A stretch of DNA of 64,000 bases from Eledone cirrhosa (taxonomy: Eukaryota): NCBI GenBank assembly GCA_964016885.1, contig OZ024743.1, forward strand, positions 166,718,001 through 166,782,000, read 5' to 3'. Positions 1 to 13,960 of the stretch are shown piece by piece. The notes beneath the pieces are model-generated. The model saw only the letters and a list, made by a program, of their open reading frames with translations. It ran no database searches and was not told where the DNA came from. Within the stretch, counting starts at the first letter, position 1. The number at the start of each line of letters is the position of its first letter. Both the position numbers and the translations under genes were made by a program.

Positions 1-1812
1 AGGTGTTAGAGTATTTACACCAAATGGATCCCGACACCCGAAGGGATAACAGATATGCTTTCAGCCTAGATGTGGTCGCTCTGTACACCTCAGTCCCGGC
101 GCTCCCGGCCATTGATAATACTGACGGAACGTGTCCAGTCTACCAACCTACACTGCTTTGGGCTCACCCCCACTGACATCCACCAGTTCCTATCTGTTGT
201 CGTTGACAATACCTATTTCAATTTTTTCGACCACACATACCGGCAGACCTCAGGGATATCCATGGGTCTGTCAGGTGTGCTAGCGATCTTGTATTTGGAC
301 AGCCTAGAACGCAAGGCACTCAACACCTGCCACTCCACCGCTGTTGTCTTCTGCTCAAGATACGTGGATGACATACTCATCCTCATATCTTCCTAGGAGA
401 TGGCGAATGAGATTTACGAGACATTCAGCAATACAGGCGAGAGTATTGACGTGAGCATTGAGCACCCCAATGACGACAGATCCCTTTCCCTCCTCGACTT
501 TCTAATCAACATCACGGAACAGGAAGAGATCAACACCAACTTTTACCGCAAGGTGGCCTGCAGGGACTTGTTCATCCACTACAAATCTGCCCTCCCTAAC
601 AATGCTAAAAGAGGGTACATCACGAACGTGATCACGCAGATTAAAAATAGATGCAGCAATCCCGTGAGTAGTGTCACCCACACCAAGCGATTCCACAGGG
701 TGCTGGAGACGAATGGATACCCAACATTATTTACAAACAGAGTAAGGGACACCAGACACAAGTGGCAGAGAAACACAAAAGGTCAGTGCTTCTTTAAGAT
801 CCCGCACCTGGGCGAAAAAACCACCGATGCTATTCGCAGTGCCATACGGAGGGAGGGCCTTGATATCCACTTGGTCCACTCAAGGCCCTCTCTATGGAGA
901 TGCCTCTCCAGGAAACCTGACAAATCAGTTGATGCGTATTCCCTCAGCAACTGTCCAATACGTCAGACGAACTGTTGCTTACACACGTCTGTCATATACA
1001 AGATCGAATGTGGCAAGTGTAATGAATTCTATATTAGTAGCACCATCCGGCCACTACATGTCCGGATCAAGGAACACATCAACTTCTTTCCGAAACACAT
1101 AATCAAATGCGGAAACAAAGACAGAAGGCCCATTGTCACAGTGTTAGCGACGGAAAGCAACGTTGGCACTTTAAGGATAAAGGAGGAACTCTGGATCAAA
1201 CGTCTCAGGCCACAAATCAATAATCGATCCAACAGAAGTGAGACAAGATGGCTGGTGTAAACAAATGGAACAACAACAACACACAGTGACAATCGAGCGA
1301 TTGTTATTGTGTGTATATCGTGTCCACTACCCACTGAGTGACAGACAACAGACAGGCAGACTACTATCACCATGCCTGCCACTGACCTCAAAACATAAAG
1401 ATTTGACAGCGATGATGCGTACACACTGACCCACCACCGCCCCACTACTCTAGTATAGAAGAACTGCCTTGAACTTTATCTGACTGCAGCTATTCCGCGT
1501 GCGCACGTGCCCGATAGAGTATTTCAGTTGTATGTACACGATAAACAGCGGAGGCCATGTGTTGTCCTTCTCCGACACAACTTTTTCCCCTAGGAAAATC
1601 CCCAGTTAATGGATACGAAATCCGAAATATAGGGTCTATTAAATCGCTTCCAAGGTAACTCTATCTCGTGTTATTTTTTACACTTTTCCTACATTCTTTT
1701 ATGCTCTCTACGTCTCTTTCTATGCTCCCTCTTACACCTCTCTCTCATTACCACCTGATTCTGTTACCCGGAGATTTACCTATTTGCATTGTTGAGGCTT
1801 CCAAAAAGACTA
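1..1812 (+). mobile_element. Penelope-like element, 3' part (RT + C-terminal GIY-YIG endonuclease, disrupted) with 3' tail
   Basis: ORFs 70-396 and 400-1260 are in one frame, split by a TAG. They carry YRQTSGISMG and SRYVDD (RT), then VIYKIECGKC..FYISST..RIKEH..E..WIKRLRPQIN (GIY-YIG). The tail is homologous to 46260-46540. Confidence 0.92.
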
Positions 1813-1825
1813 TTTATATATATAT

Positions 1826-2999
1826 ATTGTTATACTTTGGGAGGGTCACGTTGCCAATAACAACACGCGCACCTGTTGATTTTCACTTCAATTTATTATA
1901 AATTTCCGGTTGGCTGGTTGATTCGACGACCGGAAGGTTGTTTATATATTGTCAAAGCTCTTTTGTCACACATTCTGTGACCTCCTCAGTCACTAGGTTT
2001 TTATTTTGTGTTTCTCCTTTGTTCTGTCCTACACCATCTTGCTTTTGTTACATACATGTGTGTGTTTTTATTTATTTGTCACTCATTAGTTGTTTGTTCT
2101 ATCTGTGTGTGTCTGATTTGTTTTATTAGTTTGGTTTTGGTGTGTGTCTGTATGTCTTTATTTTGTCCTTAATTACTAGTTGTGATGTTGCTATTCCATT
2201 CATGTTTTCTGTTTAATTTTGGTTGGAGTTCGTTTATGTTTGTTGCCTCTGTGATTTGCCTGAGCATTGCATCTTTCTGTGTGTGGATATAATTTTTATC
2301 TCTATGTTCTCTGTGCCCCTATGTTCTATTTTGGCATGTTGGTAGAGTACTGATGAGTTTTTCCCATCCTGGAGTTCTCGCCAGTGTTCACTTATTCTTT
2401 CTCCTATGCTATGAGCTGTTTCATCTACGTATGTTATGTTATTATTCCTACACTGACCCTCAGTACATGTTATGCTATATACTACATTCCCAGTGTTGCA
2501 GTTAGTATGTGGGCTTAGCTTGCAGACTATGCATTTCCTATCAGCACAAGGTGATCCTTGAAATGGGGATGTTTTACTAATTAGGGTTTTTATGGTTTTT
2601 ATGGGAATACTTGGTCTTTTAACATCACAACTAGTAATTAAAGACAAAATGAAGACATTCAGACACACACAAAAACCAAACTAACAAAACAAATCGGACA
2701 CACACAGATAGAACAAACAACCAACTAGCGACAAGTAAATAAACACATAAATAAATGAAAACACACACCGGGATGTAACGACTGCGCAAATTAAGCACAC
2801 AACACACAACACACAACACGCAAAAAGAAGATGGTGTAGGACAGAACAAAGGAGAGACACAAAATACAAACCTAGCCACTGAGGAGGTCACAGAATGTGT
2901 GACAAAAGAGCTTTGACAATATATAAACAACCTTCCGGTTATCAAACCAACCAACCAACTGGAAATTTATAATAGATTGAAGTGAAAACCAACAGATGC

Positions 3000-3003
<4 letters not shown>
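1826..3003 (-). mobile_element. PLE 3' fragment (GIY-YIG end + tail) with inverted copy of the tail (2620-3003)
   Basis: ORF 2234-2668 has CIVCK..CNTGNVVYSITC..YVDET..ERISEH. 2620-3003 is a reverse-complement copy of about 1870-2195. The same family occurs at 52555-53130. Confidence 0.8.
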
Positions 3004-3045
<42 letters not shown>

Positions 3046-3065
3046 CTTCGTTTTTGAATTTGTGA

Positions 3066-3100
<35 letters not shown>

Positions 3101-3123
3101 CTTCGTTTTTGAATTTGTGAGTG

Positions 3124-3159
<36 letters not shown>

Positions 3160-3163
<4 letters not shown>

Positions 3164-3750
3164 AGTTAATATAAATTAATATATGATAAACACCTAAGTG
3201 TTTGCATTGTAAAAGACAAAAGTTAGCTAGAATGAAACAAACTAATTCAAATAAATATAGCCTGCCTGTATCGATTTAAAAAATAATAAATCAATATACA
3301 CAAACTCATATTATATACGTGCGTTTGTGCTCGTAAACCAGACCTTCAAAATTTTTTCGAGGTGAAGTAACCTAATTTTTCTGGGTACCTATTGATAAGC
3401 ACAGAAAATTGATTATTTCTCTTTTATACCATCGTTTGCGAAACCTATTTTGATTTTGATTTTGATTGATCTGCGGAAAAGGTTTGAATTTTAAAATTTA
3501 AATTTGTCTAGGTACCACGGCTATTTGCCAATATGAGTTTGTGTATATTGATTTATTATTTTTTAAATCGATACAGGCAGGCTATATTTATTTGAATTAG
3601 TTTGTTTCATTCTAGCTAACTTTTGTCTTTTACAATGCAAACACTTAGGTGTTTATCATATATTAATTTATATTAACTTGTATTGCACGGCTCAGAAATG
3701 CTTCTTTCTTTGAGCTAATTAATTGTAAATGACTCTTTGAGTGTATACTC
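3160..3750 (+). repeat. Asymmetric inverted-repeat (fold-back) insertion in (TA)n
   Basis: 3160-3312 is an apparently perfect reverse complement of 3530-3682. The right arm continues about 70 nt further. Flanked by (TA)n. Confidence 0.85.
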
Positions 3751-3753
3751 TAA

Positions 3754-4086
<333 letters not shown>

Positions 4087-4149
4087 TTCAAAATATTAAC
4101 AACTGAAGATATTCACATAATCAAAATATATGCTTTATTTTATATATTT

Positions 4150-6205
4150 CGAAGGTAGTGTTGTTTTTTCCAGTACGTCTTCGCCAGATAAAATATATGA
4201 CATACCTCTATGGTCTTGATATTTCAATTCCAGTATTGGCAGTGATTTATTTTATCAAATCTCAACATTTATATACCACAAATAATAATATGATAAACTT
4301 AAAGAAGAAAAGGACGTGGAGCGAATTAGAGATATAAGAGTGTGTAAAGAAGATGATATGCAAAAAAATATAAGAAAAAGAAAGAGAAAAAATAAAAGAA
4401 TACATATATCAATGAATATATAGATGGGTGAAAAAGATGAAGAAATATATATAAACAAGAAGAAAAAGAAGAAATAACGACAAAAGAGTAGAAAAAACCG
4501 TTGTTTTCAAATATTAGGTCAATTGTGTCAACCAATCAGTTACCATAGACCATTGAATATCTCTAGTATTTGGTTATGGTTAAGCTAATACTAATATAAT
4601 ATATCAAAATTAATCGATATACATTACTTTTCATAGCCTTCACATATTTATTTAATTAAAAATTTATATAATTTAATTTAACTCATTATAGATTTTAAAT
4701 TCTGGTTTAGATAATATATTCCATAAGTATTTTGTTACAATTTTAAAAAATTTATCTTTAAAGCATATTTAAATAATTATTAAACTTGTATTAAAATATA
4801 TATTAAAATACATGCATATAACACCTTTATAAAATCTTTCAAATCTTTAACTATCATATAATTATAGGATTAAATTTTAGTTATATTTACTCTCAAAAGT
4901 TTTAATTCGTTAATTTATATTTACTTCAGTAATTACAAATTATTACAGTTTCCTTTTAAAAAAATTCTTATATTATTCAACTATATAATTTATGTCAAAA
5001 ATTAAAATAGCAAGCTATTCAAACAGAATAAAGATATTTACGAAGAATGTAAACAAAAGGAAGATAACTCATTCACCATATTTGAGCATTAAACAATATA
5101 TCTACTTGGAAATCAAGTGATATTTCCAAACCAGAAATCAACAATTTTCAAGTTAAATATTGAATTGTCCTGATCAAAAACTTAGGATACAGAGACTCAT
5201 AATGAAATTATTATAATAGATAAAACATCAATACATTATTACTCCGGTAAGGCAAACATTATAAATATAAATATATTTATAAAAAATATTATAAAAATTA
5301 TTAATTGTCAATATTCTTTCGAAACTTTTATAATGCTTGGAATTTTTTACCGGCTCCATGCTGGCAGCTGCTAAATAATTCTTTCTTCTTATTAATTAAA
5401 TTGTCATAATTTGTAACTACCAATAGAGTCTCAAGATTGCAAAGATTGCAATTTGGCGACTTCAGATGAAGTCGCACCAATGTAGTTGTATATATTATTA
5501 TTTGTCTTAATGGTGCATTTATATACTAGATTCTTGTCAAGGCAGTTATTTTGTAAGAGACATTCTGACTTCCTTCTACAGTAACATTTCTTCTCGATGT
5601 TATTTCTATACTCTAAACTATTTATATTATTATTATTATCGGGACGGTGGATTGGCAGTATCGGTAGAGAGTCAGACACCATGCTTTGAAGCATAGAGTT
5701 ACGTCCCTTTACGGTCTGAGTTCAAATTCCGCCGAGGGTAACTTTGCCTTTCATCCTTACGGGGTCGATAAAATAAAGTACCAGTAATACACTGGGTAAT
5801 TGCTGGCCTTGTGCCAAAAGTAGAAACAATTATTATTATTATCTAAAGGTGTTCTACTATTATTCGTATTTAAGTTATTATTATTGTTATTCCCATTAAG
5901 TAATGAATTATTATTATTATTATTATTGTTATTATCGCTATTTATATTTCGGTTCTAATTAAGATTTTTACTATTTTCTTTTGCTATATTTTGAGCAATA
6001 TTCATAGTTGTTGAATAAGAGAGTTTAATTGTGAGTCTATTGAAGATAGAGTAATATTTATGTGATCTAGTGAAGCATTTATCCAAGGCATTAAAAAATA
6101 AGTGTGCTAAAGGTGTTTTAATAGCTAAAGATGCTGGCGGAGCATACCAGATTATAGATCTAGTTCATATTTTTTCCCCGATGTATTCCTCAAGTTGTTT
6201 TTATA
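4150..6205 (-). mobile_element. Degraded PLE 3' part (GIY-YIG region + AT-rich tail), interrupted by a SINE
   Basis: CYCRRKSECLLQNNCLDKNLVYKCTIK..YNYIGAT in ORF 5431-5694. 5880-6205 is homologous to 29081-29403. The left boundary is uncertain. Confidence 0.65.
5641..5830 (+). mobile_element. tRNA-derived SINE (Octopus-type), full length
   Basis: A box TGGCAGTATCGG, B box GAGTTCAAATTCC, central GCCTTTCATCCTTACGGGGTCGATAAAAT, tail ..GTAGAAACAATT. Six copies in the window. Confidence 0.88.
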
Positions 6206-6206
6206 G

Positions 6207-6207
<1 letters not shown>

Positions 6208-6297
<90 letters not shown>
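6208..6297. repeat. (ATT)n microsatellite at the 3' end of an R4-like element
   Basis: Direct reading. Confidence 0.98.
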
Positions 6298-6298
<1 letters not shown>

Positions 6299-7252
6299 GT
6301 TGCATTTATCTTGCTTTATGTTCATACGAGTTATCACCAAGTCACAACCAGTGACCTCAAGAGACAACAAGGTCCGCCATTTTCAAAAAAGAACATACAT
6401 ACACACACATGCATCTTTAGGTGTTTAGACTTATATTGACAGAATCGTCCTTAGTATATGGGCAGTTCCCATTAGTACTATCTTTTGTATTTCTCCTATA
6501 CGCGGGTTTCCTGGGATTTGCGATAAGTAATCATTAGACCCCTTAGGTATCATTCCTAAATCGCCTACAGCCACTGGTATTGTTTTAGTTCTCAATTTCC
6601 ACATTTTTTCAATTTCTATCTCCAGGTCCTTATACTTGCTCAATTTTTCAAATGTTTTTATAGATACATTCTTGTCTATTGGAACGGACATATCAATTAG
6701 CAGGCATACCCTCTTTTTAAAGTGATTCAGTATTATATCAGGTCTATTTGCATCTATTTTTCGGTCTGTTTGGATGCTAAAGTTCCACAAGATTGAGATG
6801 TGATCTTTTTCAAGTATGGGAGGTGGTTGATGCTCCCACCAATTCTTTTGATGGAGCAGGTCAAAATGCTTACACATTATCCAATGTGTGTATTCTGCAG
6901 CTCTGTCATGCCTGTTTAGGTATTCGGTTGGAGCTATAGGACTGCACATTGAGATTATATGATGAATGGTCTCTGGTTGTTTTTTAAATACACGGCATAA
7001 TGGGTTGCATCCATTTTTTATTATGTTGGCTTGGTAATTTTTTGTTGGCAGACACTGATCTTGTCTCCGATTTCAGTCCAGAGGATTCCAACCACTGATG
7101 GGTTAAAGTTTTGTCAACATCAGGATTGTTAGCTCTTTCTGGGTATTTTCCATACAGAGGCTTTTCCATACAGAGGCTTTTCTTGCCATTTCTTAGCCAG
7201 TTTCTGTAGCAGTTCTTTCTTTGCAGTTACTTTTACCTGCTTTGCTTTTTTT
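6298..7252 (-). mobile_element. R4/Dong-like non-LTR element (family 2), 5'-truncated, RLE domain
   Basis: ORF 6431-6949 has RHD, RPDII, IDMSVP and K..KY, i.e. restriction-like endonuclease motifs. (AAT)n lies on its sense strand at both ends. Confidence 0.88.
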
Positions 7253-7255
7253 AAA

Positions 7256-7286
<31 letters not shown>

Positions 7287-7290
7287 TATT

Positions 7291-7411
7291 ACATCCTCTG
7301 TTTCTTTTTTTTACACGCAGAAATGCCCAAATGCCCATTTGTACCGTCCTGTATTGTCCTGTACTGTCCTTAATGTCTACTTTATGTAAACCCTTGTGGT
7401 TAATAAAGAAA

Positions 7412-7413
<2 letters not shown>
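7291..7413 (+). mobile_element. Tx1-like LINE 3'-end fragment
   Basis: Matches the 3' UTR of 7450-13429 and ends AATAAAGAAATC. (ATT)n on both sides. Confidence 0.9.
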
Positions 7414-7449
<36 letters not shown>

Positions 7450-10400
7450 GAATGCCATGGTTGACGGAGGCTCGGCTCTGTAAGGTATAGTAATTTTTAA
7501 CCGCTATAACAATTGTAAATTGTTTAAAATTTCAACCAAATTGTAGATAAAAACACCCCCCCCTCCTCGTGAGAGGGGTCTTTCTGCCCGTTATTTGGCC
7601 CTTCGGGGTTAAATAACCGCTTATTGGGGTTTTGTGCCCAATATTCATTTTAAACCAAAATAAAAAACATGGCTACAAAAAAGAATTTTCACAAGTCACT
7701 CCCACTCATTCCATCTTCTTCCTCAATCGTCACTACATCAGAGAGAAGATTGTCTCTCTCCCTCCCTTCTCTAAATGTGTCTCTCTCCCTCCCTTCTCTT
7801 TCGCAAGCGACGCCAGTAAAGAAAAAGAAAAATATAGTTTCTAATAGTTTCCAAGAGCACGTGCATACCGTGGAACATTTCTCCACGACGACGACAACGA
7901 CGAAAAATGTGTGCGGTAAATACGGAAAGCCATTCCATTCGTCTGACGTCATGAATAATAGCAGTAGCAGCCGTAATAACAGCAGCAGCAGCAGCAGCAT
8001 AAACAACAACAGCAGCAGCTGCAACAGCAACAACAACAGCAGCAGCAGCAACAACAACAAAAACCACAGCAACAGCGGCGGCGGCAGTCGTAGTACCATC
8101 AGCAACAACAAAAGTAACAGCAGCTCTGAGGACAACAATAACAAGAAAGAAAAACCAATCTCGTTTCCAGGTATCGCAAAGAACCTGGAAACCATCCTTA
8201 TAACAAATGAGGAATTACAGGAAGCATGGAAGATGGTGACGAAAACCGGACACCGAGCAATCTGCAAGGCAGCCGAAACATTTTTCGAAACCCAGCAGCA
8301 CTGTACGGCCACGTACCGTACAGTAAGCACAAAATCCCGTAGGGTTGAAAGAGCCACAGAGGCTCAAATACAAAAAGCCTTAGGGTCTGTGTGGCAGCGG
8401 AAAAAGCATATCACCCGAGGCAAGAAATATGCCACCGAGGACGTGCTTTTTGCCACACCCCAGGAGGCAAAGTCTCAATCCTTAGTGACTCTAAGGAGCG
8501 AGGAAATGGTGTTGGTGCCCTCCTACTGCGGACAAAAAATTGTGAGGTTCAAACTGACCCACGGCCTCCCGGGATGGCCCCTTCTTGGCTGGCCGCGTCT
8601 GTCCCCGTCGGAACCGAGGACAAAACAACTGTACTGCAATTACAGAAAAAAGTACGAGAAGATTGGGTCGGCACCTCCATTGAGATGTTAATCCAAACCA
8701 ACCAGGAGTGCATCGAAGCTATCCCGGATGTGATAGACTTCGATAACGGCACTCAACTGCCCATAAGTGTTGAGGGCAAACGCCCGAAATGCTTTCGCTG
8801 TGGATCGAAGACTCACCTCAGGGCCTTCTGCAATGGGAAGACCCTGAGAAAGGAGAAAAACCCCCTCCTTCCGAAACCGGCTCCACTGCTACCAGCAACA
8901 GGACAGGCGGCAACCAGGAAGGAAGGTCCGTGGCACCCATACCCACGCCACGGAAATCAAGAACAGCAGCAGCAGTGGAAGTATTAACAACAACAACAGC
9001 AATACCAACTGCAGCTGCAACATAGACTCCACTGCAAACATCACCAACAACAACAAGTGAAAGAGTGGAGCTGGTATCCCTCCCCGACCTCGCAGAATCG
9101 GACATGGAGTGTGAGGTGGGAGAGGGATGGCAAAAGGTCGCAAGAAGGCACAAACGCAGAAGCAGCGCATCGTCGTCTTCGAAAAGGGAGGAAAGAAATG
9201 AAAAAAGGGTAAAGGTTACTGCAAAGAGACTTACAGCAGCAACACCAGCAACACCATCACCACACACACTAGCACCACCATCACCACCGCAAACAACAAC
9301 AACACCTTCAACACCACCACCACAAGCACCAACATCGCAAACAGTACAACAAAACACACACACCCTGCTACAACGACAAGAAAATAGCAGAACCACACCG
9401 CACCCCCAGAAAAAACAAATGCACAGCAATAAATACACACAACAAGAAACTAATGACTTACATAATTGAATACACACACATTTCACAGCACGACTACATA
9501 ATACCAGCACCAATCAAAACACCAACGAACATATGACTGGTAAGAATAGCACAGAAGCAATACATAAACATTAAAACGAAATTCCCCAACGCAGTTGGTG
9601 ATTTCAGAGACCTAGGAGGGACACTCAACCGGAGAGTATATTCGGATATACTCACAGAAGAGCCGACGACCAGCCAAAGGGACGATTCAACGGTCCCTTC
9701 ACCAGACGATCAAGTGAAAAGGGATGGAGAAACCCTCCTTCCTCTACGAGAAGTAAGGTAAGTGGTCTTTCCCATCTTTTCCACTCCATTTCAACATGAC
9801 CTCACTCAGAATAGGCAGCATAAATGCGCATGGCTTGGGGAGTGCTTGTCGGAGACTTCCGACAAGCACTCTCCCGGAGGATTTATAAGGACAGCATTCC
9901 GGAGGAGGCCACAAGCAGTGAAAAGGATGGAGAAACCATCCTTCCTCTACGAGAAGTAAGGTAAGTGGTCTTTCCCATCTTTTCCACTCCATTTCAACAT
10001 GACCTCACTCAGAATAGGCAGCATAAATGCGCGTGGCTTGGGGATGTCATGGAAGCAGGGCCGCCTGCTCAACGATCTCAGGTCACTAAACATAGATGTA
10101 GTGGCCATCAGCGAGACCAGAATCTCCGAAGCACGGGCCTTCGCACAGATCTTCGGCGGCTACGATGTGTACGCATCTCCCAGCCGTCCTGGATCGGGGC
10201 GAGGAGTTGCTGTGCTTTTTCGGAGAGGTTTGGATCTCGCCATACGGGCCATCTTCCTGGACCCAGAGGGTAAGTTGGTGGTGCTGGACGTGACCAGCGG
10301 AGACGGGCAAGCTTTCAGGATAGTGGCCGTCTATGTCCCGACAGTAGCAGGGCGGCCTGATTTCTTCCGGCGTCTGGAGACCTTTTTTGGAACGTCCCGC

Positions 10401-13400
10401 TCTTTAGTGTTAGTGGGCTACTGGAACGGGATCTTAGATGCACGCTGGGACTGTGTGGGTTAGCGGATAGGGGAGGAGGGTGCAAGAGCCTCACCAACTT
10501 GCTCAGGCGTTTTGAACTGTCTGACAGGTACCGATTGGATTTCCCGAATGTGCCAATGTGGACTTGGACAAACCGCATAGGGTCATCCAGATCATATCTA
10601 GATAGAGTATTTTGTAGGGAAATAGATAGGTCTAGCATAGGCTGTCCACAATTCAAGATAGTCAGCTACACGGACCACAAATTCGTGATCTGTGTGCTTG
10701 ACTTAGATAGGCTTCATAGATGAAGACCCGGCTACTGGAAGCTAAACGCGTCCATACCAGCGAGCAAGGCCCACAGAGACCGGATTAGCGAACTAGTTAA
10801 GCGGGCGTTGACGGGGGCCATCGTCAACAACAAGTGGTGGTTTGCTCTGAAAAGAGCGATTAGAATAGGGTCCATTAGGTTTAGTAAGGCTTTAGCAATA
10901 GAGAAAAATAGAGCAGAGGGAGAACTCGTTAGAAAATTAAACGAGGCGCTTAGCAAAGGTATCGCGACCGACGTACTTGCGGCGAAATTGGCCCTTGACC
11001 AATTCTTCAATGCAAAGTACGAAGGCTGCGTTGTCAGAGCTAGGGTGCGTGCTCTTAGACACGAGGGGACGAAAGCCGTTCAATGGGCCCGAGTGGCGGA
11101 GGCGAATCGTGGCAACAAAGCCACGATCTGGTCTTTGGTGGACCACGACGGGCGCATGCTACTCGATCCCGAGCAAATATGTGAAGCTGTTCGGAGGCAG
11201 CGCGGGCCAGATCGAGGGATGGACTTTAGTGTCTACCTCGACGGACTTCTGCGGCTCTCGGCCACTGAGGCGGAGTGTTGCGAAAAGCCGATAACAGGCG
11301 CTGAAGTACGGGAGGCAATGACTGGCTGCACAAGGGGTAAATCGCCTGGTTTGGATGGTCTGCCCTATGAACTTTACGTACAGATGCCAGACTTGTTCGG
11401 AGGCCTCTTGGCGGACGTCTACTGCAACTGGCAACAGAAAGAGAGAATTCCCAGCTCTGTGAGCCGAGGAGCTGTGGCGCTGCTGAGAAAGGATCCAAAC
11501 AAGGGGGATAACAGAGATAATTTCAGGCCCATAACTCTGCTAAACACAGAGTTCAAGATTTTGGCGAAGGTGCTAGCAAAGAGGTTGGCGCTTGTCGTTG
11601 GTGGTCTGGTGGGAGAGGCGCAGACGTGCGCCATTACCGACAGATCCATCCACGACAACCTCAACCTCATGCTCGGTGTTCAGAGTGAACAGTTACCTTT
11701 CGTAACCGTTCAACAACATGCGCTCGGTCCGCCAAGGATGTCCCCTCTCGTCCGTATTGTACGTATTGACTCTCGAGCCATTACTGCATAAACTGGAGAC
11801 GTTGAGGGGGGTCCCGCGCGAACTAGGATGCGGAAAATCCGTGTCAGCATATGCGGACGATGTCACTGTAGTGGTGTCGAACGCCAAACACATCGAGGCG
11901 ATCGGCACTACACTAAGAGAATACGAAGCGGTGACAGGAGCAATTATCAACCAGGAAAAGTCAGTGGGCCTGCAGCTCGGCACCTGGAGAGGCAGGTCCA
12001 TGCCGTCCAACAGGTCCATGCCAGTTAAATTGCTAGGGGTCTGGTTCGGTCCGGACTTTCAGACGGACAAAAACTGGGACGAGGTGACGAGCAGGGTGGC
12101 TTCTCTCACCCAGAAATGGGCGGAGAGGAAGCTATCCCTGAAAGGTCGAGCGGAGGTGGCTAACGCGTACATCGCGTCCGTCATCTACTACCGCCTGACC
12201 GTCGTCCTAAGCCCCGCCTGACTGCGCTGGAGCGTTTGCTCTTTCGCTTTTTGTGGAAGGGACGCGCCCCGATGGTCAGGCGGTCCTTCTGTTGTCAACA
12301 CCCGCTACGTGGAGGGCTGGCCATGCCGTGGCTGATGATGCGCAGGCACGCGCTCAGGCTACGACATCTCCACCTCTTCCTCGACGGTGATCAGGTGTGG
12401 TCGCCGTTTGCTAGACACGTCTTTCCCCAGCTCGTTTCCTTGACGGAGCTGCAGTCCTGGGTCAAGCGAAGACCGAGAGGGAGCGCCTGGATACTGGAAT
12501 GCCTTCAGGCGCTCACAGCCCTCGACCAATCGGGCAATGTGATCGGTGGAAACTCCACCTCGGCGTTCTATAGAGGATTAGTGGAGGGGAAGAGCGACGA
12601 CGTACTTGGGGAAACTCTAGGCGTCGACGAAAATCAACTAGCCAATCTCTTCGGAAGAACTTTCGGGCCGGGGCCTATGGACAACTTCCAGAAATCTCTG
12701 GCCTGGCAGTGCTACCGAGGAGCCTTGCCAGTTCGGGATAAACTCTACAGGCATGGAGGTGCCGTCAGCCGGGCATGTCCGAGATGCGCGCAGGGCGACG
12801 AAACCGTCCTGCACGCACTCGTCCAGTGTCCGAAAATTGCTGACTTGTGGGTTTATGTCGAACACCTGCTGATGGATCCGGCTATCATCTGAGTCCATCG
12901 TGAGGATTGCCCCGCCCTCCTCCTTTAGCCGGGAAGAGCAGGCAGTTTTTATCTGTCTGGTGGCCATGGCGAAAGAGATAGTATGGTGGACACGTTTGAA
13001 AGGGCTGAAGACGAGCACTTACCTCTTCGGTGATGCCCTGATTGACTTTTTCAAATTTCCTTTGAAAAGGAAAATCAGAGTAGAGGGGGAAGTGCTCTCT
13101 TCCCAGCATTTTGTTGAAAGATGGGTGAGAGAAGCAAGAATGGCCCGAGTGAATGGGCCTACTCTGAGTATATATCTGTAAATTAAAGGTGGAAAACTGG
13201 GAGAGGCACTTGCCTTGGTGGCCAGGGTCACTGTGGCCTTTTAATGGGCTTTCTCCACAAATGTCCCTCCGAAGTCTCCCCCCTATTGGGGAATTTTTCA
13301 TTGTTATTTTTTGTTACATCCTTTTTTTTGTTTTTTACACGCAGAAATGCCCATTTGTACCGTACTGTATTGTCCTGCACTGTCCTTAATGTCTACTTTA

Positions 13401-13429
13401 TGTAAACCCTTGTGGTTAATAAAGAAATC
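7450..13429 (+). mobile_element. Full-span Tx1-like (L1 clade) LINE, decayed and chimeric
   Basis: 5' end GAATGCCATGG is identical to 25441. ORF1 (ATG 7669, CCHC knuckle CFRCGSKTHLRAFC) and ORF2 (ATG 9999; APE, RT YADD, CPRC..H..C) are broken by frameshifts, stops and deletions. Flanked by (ATT)n. Confidence 0.95.
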
Positions 13430-13476
13430 ATTATTATTATTATTATTTTTATTATTATTATTATTATTGTTATTAC

Positions 13477-13960
13477 TCCTTGAGTCTCAGTCATTGATGT
13501 TAGTCAACTGGAAAGTTTGTTGGAATGAATATCAAGCCACTACCTGCAGCCTCAGATATTCAGGACGTATCGGAGGGTTCTTGCTGTTCCCAGCAAGCAT
13601 GCCTTTTGAAGCGTTCCAAAAAGCGTGAAGGGGCCAATTTTCTTTAACCATCCCTGGAAACTTTTGGAGATAGTCCCTAGTGCGCCTATGACAATCGGGA
13701 TCACTTTGACTTCATGGCAGTTCCAAATCCTTTTTACCTCCCACTTTAAGTCCTGGTATCGGTTAATTTTCTCCCTCTCCTTCCCTTGCACTCTCGTGTC
13801 GAATGGGCAGGCCACATCCACAATCAGGCACGATCTTTTTTCTTTGTCCACAACGACCAGGTCAGGTTTATTGTGTTCCAGTTTCTTGTCCGTCTGTATC
13901 CTAAAATCCCACAGCACCTTCACCTGATCGTTCTCTATCACCGCCTCTGGCTTATGCTCA

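Noticed and set aside
3388-3450. TTGATAA..GAAAccTA as a U3-A8 hammerhead
   Set aside because: Stems I and III do not pair convincingly.
7450-7500. Spliced-leader-RNA-like arrangement (AAG|GTATAG then AATTTTTAA) at the Tx1 5' end
   Set aside because: The Sm site lacks the required G and the donor is weak. The sequence is simply the element's 5' UTR.
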